This document shows, in pieces, positions 24,847 through 36,320 of a stretch of 64,000 nt of DNA. Source of the DNA: Lytechinus pictus (Eukaryota); the NCBI RefSeq assembly GCF_037042905.1, contig NC_087245.1, forward strand, positions 8,868,001 to 8,932,000, in the 5' to 3' direction. Made by a program: the position numbers and the translations under genes. Under the pieces are notes generated by a model. The model did not search any database, was not told the origin of the DNA, and was given only the letters and a program-made list of their open reading frames with translations. The number at the start of each line of letters is the position of its first letter. Within the stretch, counting starts at the first letter, position 1.

Positions 24847-25025
24847 GATCTAACGTCAGGCCTGACAATGCTAGATATTTTACCGATTGTTTTCTCTCAT
24901 AATTAATTTAAAGTTTAACTTAGATCTAATTCATTTAGATCTATTTTAGAAAGTTGAGAAAAAAAATCTCCACGACTCCAATTCAAACAATTTTATAAAC
25001 TCCCTTTTAAATTTCAGTACATCTA

Positions 25026-25265
25026 TAATGTAGATTTGCTCCCTGATATGAGTAAATATACATGGATAAATGTGATACTATCAAGGAAAGGTGAAGAGGT
25101 GAAAACCTACCTGTTTTCAGGAGCGCTGACACGGGCTTCCTACTCAGGAAGGTCTCCAGATAAATCACACAGTCTCAGCTGAGGGGGGGGGGGAAGTGGT
25201 TGAGCGCCCCCTTGTGTCGGAAGCTGGGGGGGGGGAGTAGAGAAGTAGGTTCCATTCCTACAACA
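25026..25265 (-). repeat. 3' LTR (240 bp), preceded on the element strand by PPT GAACGGGGGGAA (25266-25277)
   Basis: Direct repeat of 34363-34593; element-strand ends TGTTGTAGG...CTACATTA. Confidence 0.95.
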
Positions 25266-26401
25266 TTCCCCCCGTTCTGAAAAACCCGGCGGCACACTCC
25301 AGGGATTGGTCGACGAGCAGTGCTTCCAAGAGAACCAGCCAAGCCAACAGAGTAGAAGAGTCCCAAAACCTAACCTACCCTAACAACCCCCTAAACAAAC
25401 CACCCAAAGAAAAAGTTTTTTTTCCCCCTTTTTTTTTGGTTCTACTTCACCAATTCCCCTTGCAATTTCAATCGCACTGCATAGTGAGCGCCCCAGAACA
25501 TATTCTACACTCCCTGTCTAGAAATTACTACTGAACCCCAATCAACAATACGTAAAAGGAAATTCCTAAGACCTCCCGGGAAACGATTCCCCTCCTACCC
25601 CGATCCCGCAAGTCAAAAATCTTCTCTCCCCCGGTGCCCAAGGTTAAAAAAGCTTTTTTTTTCTTTCTAAAAAAAACAAACATATTATGTCTCTAAACTA
25701 TCTTGGATAACCAAGGAAACGCATATACACGTCAACGCTGTGCCAACAAAATAAAATATACTCAAACGCATGTACAGCAGAAGGAGAAATGAAAAAAGAA
25801 AGAAAATGATCCTTGTTTGTGATAAAGGATTACACAAATAGACCAGGAAATCCAGCAGTCACCAGTTTAAACGCTACCATTTCTTCCTTAAAATAACTTT
25901 TTTTTCCAAAACTATGTCAACTGTAGTGTTTTCGCACTACAAGCAAACAAAACTGAATACGCTAGAAATACATAAGAATGCTTGATTATATATATATTCT
26001 TTCTTGATCTCTTCCTTTAGAAAAATGCAGGAATGCCTTGGTATACCTTAATATACAGATATTGGCCGCAGAGGGCCCCCCTTTTCCCCAGTCACTTCTA
26101 CTCCCATGACAGTGGACTGCACGCTTACCCTCCCCGGTCTGCGGTACCTTCTTACCGATGGGGCGGTACATTGCCCTTTTGTTTTGAAGGGACCCCTGGA
26201 TCACCAGCGACCAATCTAGGTAACTCGGGTACAGGGAGAGGGCGTCAGCTCTGTCATTTAACGGAGTGAGTGAATATTGAAAAGAGGGCCCCTCTGGGTA
26301 CCCCCCCTAAAAAAACGAGCTTTATATACAATACGGCCTATATGGCCAAAAAAGACCCTCGCCCGGTGAGCAACAGTCTTGCCCACCTGCCCCTACCAGG
26401 C

Positions 26402-27375
26402 CTACTGCCCAAAGAGAACCAGGCCATTCGCCTTGGTCTCCTCTAGGAGGTCCTGGAGCTGCACACCTCTAGCAGAGCCGCCAACCAGTACGTTTTAGCC
26501 GTATTTAGTACGTTTTTGCAACCAAAATACGGCAGTACGTTTTTTCTTTGAAAAATACGTTTTTTGTTTGTTTTTTGTTTAAAACTAAATCGTAATTTAT
26601 TGAGAAAAATAATCTCTATATGTCTCTATTTCATAAAACGTGCACAAATATGGTTATTAGATCAATGTAATTTCAGGTAACATGTTTTTTTTTCAATCAT
26701 TTTGTTCAAACCAGGGTGAAGATATACACATGTTTTGATGTTTTTTTTTTCATCTGCAAGAGCAGTGCGCATTTTTGCTTGCATGCAGCTTGAGCGCCGC
26801 GATGAGCGAGTGCGCCAAGCATTTTATTATGAGGAAAAATACAGTTTTTTTAATCACAGAATACAGTTTTTCATTCCCAGAGGTTGGTCTAGCCCCCGCC
26901 ACTAGGCGACCCACGTCTCCTACCTAGGCTGGAGTATGAAACTTCCGTTTGCCAATAACCAGATGAGGGGCATCAGTTTTCACCAGCAATCGGTTGCTGG
27001 GCACCCTGCGCAACGCGGTTAACTGCTCCCTCTGGAAGGAACTCACCGGCGCCGAGAAGCCAAAGTAGACATTGGGGAAGGCTTTTCCCCAAAGAGCCAC
27101 TTCCTCCGGGCCAAGCGTGCATGACTGGATATGTATCCGCTGATGCCAGTTGACCCGTTTGGCTGTCTCGGTCCGGACAATCCTGGATGGAACATCTGAG
27201 GATTTACCCTTTCCCCGGATGTGTAGGATCAAAACTCTACCGGTCGCTATAACCTTATCCAGGATCGCCCGGAACATGGTGAGCTGCGCCGACCAAGTCT
27301 CTTGAGGCTTGGTATAATCCAACCCAATCTCACCAAGAGCACTGGCGTTAGGTTGGCATATGAGCTTAGCCTGAT
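26402..27375 (-). pseudogene. TatD-family nuclease domain inside the Gypsy element (N-terminus missing, split by a MITE)
   Basis: ALGEIGLDY, LILHIRG, IHIQSC, NVYFGFS, RRVPSNRLLVKTDAPHL, TPA*VGDVGRLVAGAR, then after the 26473-26887 insert GVQLQDLLEETKANGLVLFGQ*. Confidence 0.9.
26473..26887. mobile_element. hAT-like MITE with a damaged right end, inserted in the TatD domain
   Basis: AT-rich insert starting CAGAGCCGCCAACC and ending GGTTGG, flanked by TCTAG on both sides; removal restores the TatD frame. Confidence 0.75.
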
Positions 27376-27612
27376 TATCTAAGGCTGGCTCATCAAAGGA
27401 GAGTGCATACTTGCTCTCTCCTTTGGGGAGGCCGGGGCTGGGGCTCGAGGCCGGGGCTCATCCCCTTCTTCGTCTCCCTGGACCTGTGTCTGCTTGACAA
27501 TTGGTCCTTCAACTACAGGCCCGCATCCTTCGTCAGAGCGGCAGATAACGGCGTGCGTCACACCAAGAACCGGCTTCTCCCCTCGGCCCGCATCTGCCTG
27601 AAGAGACATCAC

Positions 27613-30060
27613 CTAGCCAGTGAGTGGGACCACATCGTCAACCACATCACTGAATGGGGCCCAATCTCGGTGGGCCAGGGCACAATATCCGCAACCCCCA
27701 CAGGGCAGTTGACACAGCTCAAAACCCATGCGATACCCCTCACAATGAAGGTCCGAGTTTGTGATCCTGGACAGGGCATCCGCGTTGGCGTGTTTCGAGC
27801 CAGCGCGGTACTCGAGACGCATGTTGTACTGGATCAGTTCCTCCATCCAGCGAGCAAGCTGCCCCCGAGGATATCTGAAATTAAGTAGCCATGTCAGACT
27901 GCTGTGGTCTGTCCGAACCACGAAAGGTCGGCCCAACAGGTAATGGCGATATTGACGAGTGAACCTGACGACCGCCAGCAGTTCTCGTCGAGTCACGCAA
28001 TAGCGCCTCTGTTCAGGAGTCAGTGCAAAACTCCCATACGCTATAACGCGCTTCCCCCCTTGTACCTGCAACAGTTCAGCTCCTATTGCCTCATTTGACG
28101 CGTCCTTGTCGAGGATGAACTCATCCCGAGTGTTGGGCATAGCTAGAACTGGAGCTCCCGCCAGTGCCTGCTTGATCGCCTCAAGGCTTGCTGCTGCTCG
28201 GAACCCCACTGGAAAGGTTGCTTCCCAGTGATCCTATATAGAGGCACTGCCACTGCAGCATAATCCTTGATGAACGAACGATGATAGTTCGTCAGGACCA
28301 AGAACTGTTCAACATAGCGAGTCTTTAGAGGGGTTGGCCACTCCCTCACTGCCTTTATATGCTCGTCCCGAAGGCGGACTCTATTTGCGCTCACATTGCG
28401 TCCCAGGAACTATACTTGCTCCTGAAAGAGCAAGCACTTCTTTGGTTTCAGCTTCAACCCAAAATGGGCAAAACGCCCAAGGACATCCTCAAGGTTCGTC
28501 AGGTGGACTTGTGCTGTCTTACCCAGAATGACTATGTCATCCAAGAAAGCCAGCGCGGTCTTCCAATTAAGTCCCCGAAGAACAAGGTCCATGACCCTTG
28601 AGAAGGTAGCCGGAGCATTACACAGCCCGAACCCCATTCTCACAAACTCATATAGTCCGTATTTAGTGGCAAACGCTGTCTTCTTCTGATCTTCCGGGGC
28701 GATCTTAACTTGGTAGTATGCCGAATTGGCATCAAGTTTAGAAAACCACTGGTTATCCACAAGGGTATCCAAACATTCCTCAATGTTTGGTAGAGAGTAT
28801 ACATCCTTCCGGGTGACTGCGTTGAGGGCCCGGTAGTCTATGCACCACCATCGCGCTTCCAGACAAGAACGGGGGCAGATGCCCATTCTGATACTGAGGG
28901 TTGGATGATCCCAACCGATAGTGTGCTCAGTCTTGGAGAAATTCCCCAAGTCAAACTCATCTTTGGCAAATACATCAGCAAACTGAGTTAGGAGACACTT
29001 AAGATCGGCCTTCACTGATTCTGTAAGCAATCCCGAGGACCTTTCAAATAAGTCATGGAGGTGTGGAGGCATCTCATCGTTCCCCCCCTTTCTGACCTGG
29101 GAGATGGACCCATCCCCCTCATTCGAACTTCCTGAAACCGTGCTAGTGGGGGGAGTTTTCTCCCCCTCACCCGGCCCATCCTCGCAGATCTCAGCTTCTC
29201 CCAGCCTCACCAAGAACGTCCATACCCTTGAGTTTCCGGTGCCGGTCCGTAGGGTTGACAACGTACAGGTCAACCTCACGTCCAGACCTATGGATGGAGC
29301 AGGGAATTAGCACTTGAAGCTGAGGCTGCGGCTCGAACATGAAATTTCCAATCTTCTGATCAATTACGCCAGTGATTCGCTTAATTGTGTTGGGTGGGAC
29401 CACCACCCTCCTTAGAGCGTACACCCTGGCAATTTTCCGGTCAGTACCGTCCCCGTATCGGAGGCAAATGCTCTCCCCCATGAGGGACAATCGAGGCTGC
29501 TGAAGATGTATGACGGCTTTATGCTTCCTAAGGAAATCTAACCCAAGCAGCATGGAATCCGAGATGGGAGCCACATACACCTCCTCCTGGAATAATTGGT
29601 CCCCCAGCTTGATAGTCAGCGGTACAACCACTGCCCCTCTCATCTTCATCCCGCGACCTGCTGCATGTAGGAAAACGTCCCTCAACCATTCTGGCTTTGG
29701 GACTAGCTGCCCCAATATTCGATCAGAAATGATGGTGACTTGAACGGTGGTATCCACCACAGCACTGAGTGGAAGGCCGCCAACGATAGCCTCAACATTT
29801 AGGATGGACCCAGACCTAAGTCTACACACTACCACTTCTTCTATCCCACCTTCGGATGTACTTGGGCCACAATCTGGCCCAGCACTCATTCTTCCTGGAG
29901 GGTTACCTCCCTGTCCGATGGTCGGAGGCTCCTTAGCAGTGAGAGAGTGTACATATGTGGCCAGACCCCTGACCACTGGGTCTCCTGTCTGGTATAGGGT
30001 TTGCTCCTCGCCCGGCTTCATGTTCACCGAGAAGGAAGATTCCCTGGCGTCCCCGGACAA
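27613..30060 (-). pseudogene. pol: Gypsy pol: aspartic protease, RT and RNase H; frameshifted, no integrase found
   Basis: PR: AVVDTTVQVTII and LLGLDFL. RT: CIDYRALN, KLDANSAYYQ, FGLCNAPATF, FLDDIVI. RH: DKDASNEAIGAEL, ELLAVV, TDHSSL, NADALSR. Confidence 0.95.
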
Positions 30061-30080
30061 CTTGGGGGTTATGTCACGAA

Positions 30081-31390
30081 TTGTTACTCCAAGGCCACTT
30101 CCAGCTCGGGCCGAGGGTTGGCCTTGTCCTCCAGCCCGCTGTAGTTTTCCTCCTCTTCACATTCCACAAACAAAACCCGGGGATTAGGAGCTCGAGTCCC
30201 CTTGCTATTAGGGCACTCCCGTCTGAAATGTCCAAGCTCCCCACAACCCTAACATCGGTTTGGCCCAGGAGACTTCGAACGCTCTCATGCAGGCTCGGGT
30301 TTGGCCTGGAGAAGCTCGAGGACTTGTCGCAGGTCTCTTTCCAAACCCGCCATCCACGTCTCCATCTTGGACTCCAGTCGGTTGCACATGTCCATTGTGA
30401 GGCGCTCAAGCGCCACACCTGCTGTGTCTTCCACAGGGCGGCTTGTAGACCGAGGAGGGGCCTCAGCCTTCCGGACGGCACACAAATCCTCATCCAGGGT
30501 TACAGTTTTAACAGGGAGAGGACGTCCATACATCGCACTTTGAACGTGTTGGTGCCAGTGGATATAATCCACCGCCTGTTCCCTGGTTGCAGGGCTACGA
30601 GCGAGAGCATGACACCCTGCCTCCCTGTTGGAACAGCCCTGGCACAACCGAAGCACCACCTGCTGTTGGAGGTGTCCCGGCTGGGCACCTGGAAAAGCCC
30701 GGAGAGCCAGACGAAAAAGTCTATCGGCCCAGTCGGACAAGTGCTCATCCGTAGCCTGCTTCGCTGACATAAACTCAATCTGGGCGGCCTCTGGCAGCCT
30801 CCCCCCATCAAACCGCCTGTCTAGATGGCGGGCCATCAACACAAAACTAATGCCCGGCTCCTGCTCGAGCACCATGCTGAAATAATCAGCCCCCTTCCCC
30901 TCGAGGCACCAACCCAGCTGGTTGATTCACTGCACCTCACCCCAGGCGCACTGGTCTGCGAAAGCCTCAAATCTGGAGAAGGTCCTCCAGCTCCCACGTC
31001 CACCAAATGCTACCGACTTGGGGGGCTGCTGGTAAGTTGACCTCCCCGCATTTGCCCCAAATCGTCCCCCTCCTGGCGCAGCGGTTTGCAATGCCTGTCG
31101 GCCCGGGGTTTGGGCTGAATCAGCCCTACCCCCAAAATTAGGGGTAGTGGGTACCTCCCCCTCTCTAGCCGGACGAGCAGGGCCCCTGGCCTGGGGGATA
31201 AAATCGAACAATTGAATCAGCCCCCCAGCATCCCCTGGGTAAGATGCCTCGAAAAAGCAGGAGTGATGACCCTATTCTCGGCCCTTATGCTCCATAGTTG
31301 CTCGGCTTGGACTGCCGATAGGCCAGGCACAGCTAAGAGCTCAGCTTGGGAGCAGAGATTAATGGGGATTCTTCCTCCCCCCACTGCCAT
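30081..31390 (-). pseudogene. gag: Gypsy gag with an N-terminal helix-hairpin-helix domain and a CCHC knuckle; frameshifted
   Basis: N-terminus IPINLCSQAELLAVPGLSAVQAEQLWSIR; capsid-like WRTFSRFEAFA...LDRRF...AQIEFMSAKQATDEHLSDWADRL; knuckle C*GCGELGHFRREC near 30220-30260. Confidence 0.85.
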
Positions 31391-31559
31391 CTCTTCCCGC
31401 AACCCACGCTCCAGGTTAAAGTCTACCAAAAGATATGCCTGACACAGCACCAAAACAAACCAAATATATGCCCGATCTGAACCGTAAATCGAGATCACCT
31501 CAACGCCTGATCACCAAATGATTCCCTGTTTAAAACTAATTGGTAGCGAAATGACCATC

Positions 31560-32350
31560 TAAGGTTAATTCTCAGATTAAAGTTAATCCTCAGATTAATG
31601 TTAATCCGAGGATCAAAGTTAATCCCCAGCTAACCTCGGGTTATAGTCAATACTCAGTGCAAAGCCAATCTTCAGTTTAAAGTTGATCCCCAGGTTAAAG
31701 TTAATCTCCGTGACCTTTTGGGCCGAACACGCGTGGAATGAGTTCAGGGACACGTGACCTTGATAATCCAAAACAACCCACAAACCGCCTCATTTGAACT
31801 GTGTGCTTGGCTGCTAGTGCGAACGCATCCCTGCCTTAGAACTAGATATGCATTAACCGCCTAAGTTCGAAGTGAGAACACACCCAAAAACAACATTTCA
31901 GTGCACATGAGATTGCACCCCCTACTAGCACTAAGCCAGAATAGATTTGTGCCCGTTTGAATGAGAACGCACCTTCCTTCAACACCGAATGAGAATAAAA
32001 CGCCTTAGCTCAAGTGGGAACACACCCCCTACTAGCACTAGACAAGGATAAGTTAGTACCAGGGCTGAGTGAGAATGCACCCTCCCTTAACACAGAGCGA
32101 GCATAAAACGCCTTAGCTTGAGTGGGAACACACCCCGTCTTTAACCAGGCAATGATTTCCTGCCTAGGGATTGAGTGGGAACGCACCCGAGGTACGAAGT
32201 CAATGAGGATAAAACATCGCAGGTTCGAGTGGGAACACACCCCACCTTATCACTAGCTAAAAACTTTCGTCAGAACTAGTGTAAAAACGCACCCTTCTTT
32301 AGAACTAGTCGAGGATTAAACGGTTTTAAGTTCACGTGGAACACACCCGA
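31560..32350. repeat. Tandem repeats in the Gypsy 5' leader
   Basis: ~18-bp units (AAAGTTAATCCTCAGATT) at 31560-31710, then repeated GAGTGGGAACACACCC/ACTAG units at about 31870-32350. Confidence 0.8.
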
Positions 32351-32678
32351 TTTGAGCGATGAAAACAAACCACCCCAAGTGTAGCTGCACTTGACCACTA
32401 ACTCTGATTTGTTAAAAGCAACCACGCAACACACTCACCCACACCAAATACAACAGGTGCACAACATATAACCAGCATACAGAATATAACTATCACTCGG
32501 ACACCAGTCTTTTGGCGATATTATATTCTTTTATTTTATTTCTTTATTTTTCTTTGTTTTCAAAAGACTCCCCAGTACAAGAAAGGGTGGGTCCACACAC
32601 AACGCTGCAGTCACCAAGCTCACAGTCACACGAATAATACTATTATCTAGAGTCTATTATAATTAACTAGATCTCTCC

Positions 32679-33236
32679 CCCGGGGGGGGGGGCCACTTAC
32701 ATTGACGAGTGGATACCATGCGCGACCAAAAAAACACGTAAAAAGGATGTCTTTTTTCACGATAGGGCACGTTACGTACGTAACGTGATAAGGGTGTCAA
32801 AAACACAAAAATAATGAAAAAAGGGTATCTATTTCGCTAGGAAAATTACGTGTTTAGGGTCGAATTTGCGGGGATGATAAAACAAAATTAAAATGTTTTA
32901 TAAAGGATGTCCTTTTTGCCCCCAACACTTCGTGTTTAGAGTCCGATTTGCGCGAGGTGTAGAAGTTGGGGTCGTACTAAACCAAATAAGGTAAAGCCGA
33001 CAACCGAAGGACCCGTAACAATAAAAACATTCCTGTACTTGTTTAGGGGTTCATTTCAGGGAATATTTGCCAAGAGGATCGTTTTGTTTCCAATACTTGT
33101 TAAGGGTAGGGTTTCACACGCCAATACTTGTTAAGGGGTGCATTTTCAGAATATGGAAATTACGTGTTTAGGGTGCTTTTCGAGACCCCATGGTCGCGCA
33201 TGGTATCCACTTGTGAATGGAAGTGGCCCCCCCGGG
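32679..33236. mobile_element. CCCGGG-ended MITE in the Gypsy leader
   Basis: TIR CCCGGG(G)nCCACTT...GTGGATACCATGCGCGACCA and its complement; flanking direct repeat ATCTCTCC. Confidence 0.88.
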
Positions 33237-34346
33237 ATCTCTCCCCGCTGAACCACTAGCTCCGGCAGGGAAATTCAACCCTGCCTGGTAGCAAGCGCCA
33301 AGCAAGCCAACCCTACTAGCAAGAATTACTACCCCTGCAGTCCGGGGCGGCCGATGACCGATAGCCCGTTCCCAAACCGTACGCCTAAGCGAAGCTAAGA
33401 CACCGAGTCAAGTGCAACACACAACCCTTGCCCCACTCAGAAACTCCACGCAAATATCGTAAACAAAGCACACACTAATGGAAAATACGTCAAACTACTA
33501 CTTGCCGAGCGAGAGTCATGCACGGACACCCTGACTTCCCGAACTATCCTCAAAAAGAGACAAAAGAAATATCGGAGTCTCCGAGTGAGCTGTCCATTTA
33601 CTTTCTCAAAACTCAGCTACGCAACGAACCTGTGGCGATTCGCTTAACAAGTTTGCAAGTTTTCCGACCCTCCAGCCCGCCACGTGAAACTTTGCACGGA
33701 GGTCAATAGCACAAAATGGCGGCGGACCGATTCACTTTTTCCAAAAACTTCATCCGCACGGCGGATCACCTCCGGACAAGATGACCATTCGCCCCTTAGA
33801 GAAAAGTAACCCTTTAGAGTGCAGAAAAATCCACTAATTTTGACAGTTTTCCCCGAGAAAATTCTAGACAGACTCTAATAGCATGGTCACGACTACCCAC
33901 CTACTATAATATTGACTTGAGCCTAAAACTCCAAAAACTGACGACCAGCCCGATATGTTCGAATGCCCTTCGCTCGCCCTTCTCCTCCTCACTCAAAACT
34001 TGTGCCGAGGAGCGCGCCGGAACTAGAAGCGCCTGCCAACTCCCTACCCGAGCAATGGAAAACCAGCACAAAAATCACGCAAATCGCAAAATCGAGCTAG
34101 CAGCCAGAAAACGAATACAGAATTTCCGTAGACATATAAATAGAGTAGGTTATGCGCCACAGCAAGCACCTCGAAAATCATGCACGGCTTCAAAAACAGA
34201 CAATTTCCGCCACCACAAATTACAAAATCAAGCAAGTTGCCGCACCCGCTGCCAGAGCAGCCGCCGCACGCTAGCGAGAGAATTAGAAAATCCTCACCTC
34301 GCCCAGGCGAAAATTGAAAGAAAACCTCGCAATGGCAGGCAAACGA

Positions 34347-34361
34347 CTGCCGACTACGCCA
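34347..34361 (-). promoter_or_regulatory. Primer-binding site complementary to the tRNA-Ser 3' end
   Basis: Element strand TGGCGTAGTCGGCAG, 1 nt after the 5' LTR; complementary to ...CTGCCGACTACG-CCA of metazoan tRNA-Ser. Confidence 0.88.
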
Positions 34362-34362
34362 A

Positions 34363-34593
34363 TAATGTAGATTTGCTCCCTGATATGAGTAAATATACAT
34401 GGATAAATGTGATACTATCAAAGAAAGGTGAAAGTGAAAACTTACCTGTTTTCAGGAGCGCTGACACAGGCTTCCTATTCAGGTACGTCTCCAGATAAAT
34501 CACACATTCTCAGCTGAGGGCGGGAAGTGGTTGAGCGCCTCCTTGTGTTGGAAGCTGGGGGGAAGTAGAGAAGTAGGTTCCATTCCTACAACA
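34363..34593 (-). repeat. 5' LTR (231 bp)
   Basis: Direct repeat of 25026-25265 with scattered substitutions and G-run length differences. Confidence 0.95.
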
Positions 34594-34617
34594 TCTAGTT
34601 TTATACTTGGGACTACA

Positions 34618-34806
34618 GCGTGTGTGTGTGTGTGTATTTGAGTTTTGTCAGACGTGTATCAATCAGATATGATTATTTACGTCTGGGACCGACCTTTAAC
34701 GTCACCATCCGAAAGACGTGACCAGGGCTCGAACCTCGAACCTCTACATCAATTTGTAACTTCCCCGCATAGCTTGGATTACAGGCGCACGCCACAACGC
34801 CCAGTT
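34618..34806 (-). mobile_element. SINE with a 7SL-like head, B-box, Meta-like core and (CA)n tail
   Basis: Minus strand CTGGGCGTTGTGGCGTGCGCCTGTAATCCAAGCTA...GGTTCGAGCCC...CTTTCGGATGGTGACGTTAAAGGTCGGTCCC...(CA)n. Confidence 0.75.
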
Positions 34807-36164
34807 GTGTAGTCTGCTTGGGCAGGTTGGGGGCGCTATTCACATACACTGCACATTACCATCAATCTCGGACTTGACATAGCCTTGAAAAAAACCTTCG
34901 CGCCGTTTATCCGCTACTCCATCGGCTACAAGTCCGGTACCAATCGAAAGCTGAGAATACAGGGAGTTCAAAAATGCTAGTGCGAAACAAGTCTCTAGGG
35001 GTAGATTTCGAGCTATACGCAACATAATTGCCGATAAACTGTCACCATATTTCAACTCACACGCACATATATATCAGAAATTCAAATTTGAACGGAAAAA
35101 TCGAATTTTTGGAAAATAATATCGGAAATTTTCTTACCTTCGCGAGAATCCATCTTGATAAAAAATCCCGTATGGAAATCTCGAGGAACATTAGATTTGA
35201 TGAGACTGGTCCAATGCGGTAGTAGTTATAGGGGCATCGGCGTACATCGTGACTCACCAAAACAACACGAAAGAGACGCAAGTTTACACAAGTGTTTTTT
35301 TTGTAAAAAATCATATTTACTATCAATAACTGGGATATACTCATTTGATTTGCTAGTTCATTACAATTAACTTGCACGCCGAATAAAATGTACACAATTT
35401 TCCTGCGCGCGTGCTGCATCTCCCTATGAACGCACTATCCCAAGATTATCGCGCAATTGGGCGTCCATTTCCTCTTTTACTTTCGCCTGCCGTCGAGTAT
35501 AGTCGCAAGCTAAGTACACTCCCAAAATTGCAATTTTGTTTCACACTTTGGATACTATAATTGTGCATTTATTCCCTTATTTCAATCTTATTTTTTTATT
35601 TAAGATTGTTTCAAGCATATATATCCCATCGCGCGGAGCCCTCCGTGATATTTATTTTCACGTATTTTGTTCTTCTTCTTGTGAGTCAAAACATTAGATT
35701 TTCTCGCAGGACGGGTTGCCTTCGCTTCCCCTCCCGTAGCTTCGCGCTCCTGCGTGTTGCGGGCGTTGAGCCGTCGCTCTCCTTTTTCTTTATTAATTCT
35801 TTTTAAATCATTGACTTCTCGCTTCTATGCTTACGTCTTGAATTTCTTTGAATTTATTTCTCTTTCCACAGATAGGTTCTGTTGGACTGTCAGGAGCGTT
35901 GTGTTTATCTTAAACTCGTTTCAACTTCTGTTGTTCTTGTTTCGAGTTAGTTGATTGTTCTTTTGTTCCAATCAATCCTTGTATCCTTTTGTTCTTGTGA
36001 ATTAATTAATTGAATTAATAAATTATTTAATTAATTACTTCTAATTAAAAAAAAAAAATTCTTTGACCTTGTCTTGAGAATTTTTTTTTCCTTCGCAAGA
36101 AAAGTTTATTTCTTTTTAGGAAGCTGTTTCTTGTTAGCGTCCCTTCTCGCTAATTTCCGTTCTG

Positions 36165-36320
36165 GGTCCCGTAACACAAAGGTTAGCGATTGATCGCTAA
36201 TTTCAAAGGACAATTCTGATTGGTTCATAGTCAGTCTACTTAGCAAAATGCGCATGCAACGGTGATCTTGATTAGTCATTTCATTTAGAGATTAATCGCT
36301 AACCTTTGTGTTACGGCGCC
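36165..36320. mobile_element. Harbinger-type MITE in the DIRS leader
   Basis: TIR GGTCCCGTAACACAAAGGTTAGCGATT / AATCGCTAACCTTTGTGTTACGGCGCC, TSD CTG. Confidence 0.88.

Larger units (their letters stand above)
25026..34593 (-). mobile_element. Ty3/Gypsy LTR retrotransposon with both LTRs, internally deleted and decayed
   Basis: LTRs at 25026-25265 and 34363-34593; TSD TCTA (25022-25025, 34594-34597); PBS, PPT and gag-PR-RT-RH on the minus strand. Confidence 0.96.

Noticed and set aside
30081..30767. 228-aa plus-strand ORF and neighbouring plus-strand ORFs
   Set aside because: Antisense to the GC-rich gag/pol; no motifs.
33917..34498. 193-aa ORF antisense to the Gypsy leader
   Set aside because: Non-ATG start, runs into the LTR and has no domain; probably chance.
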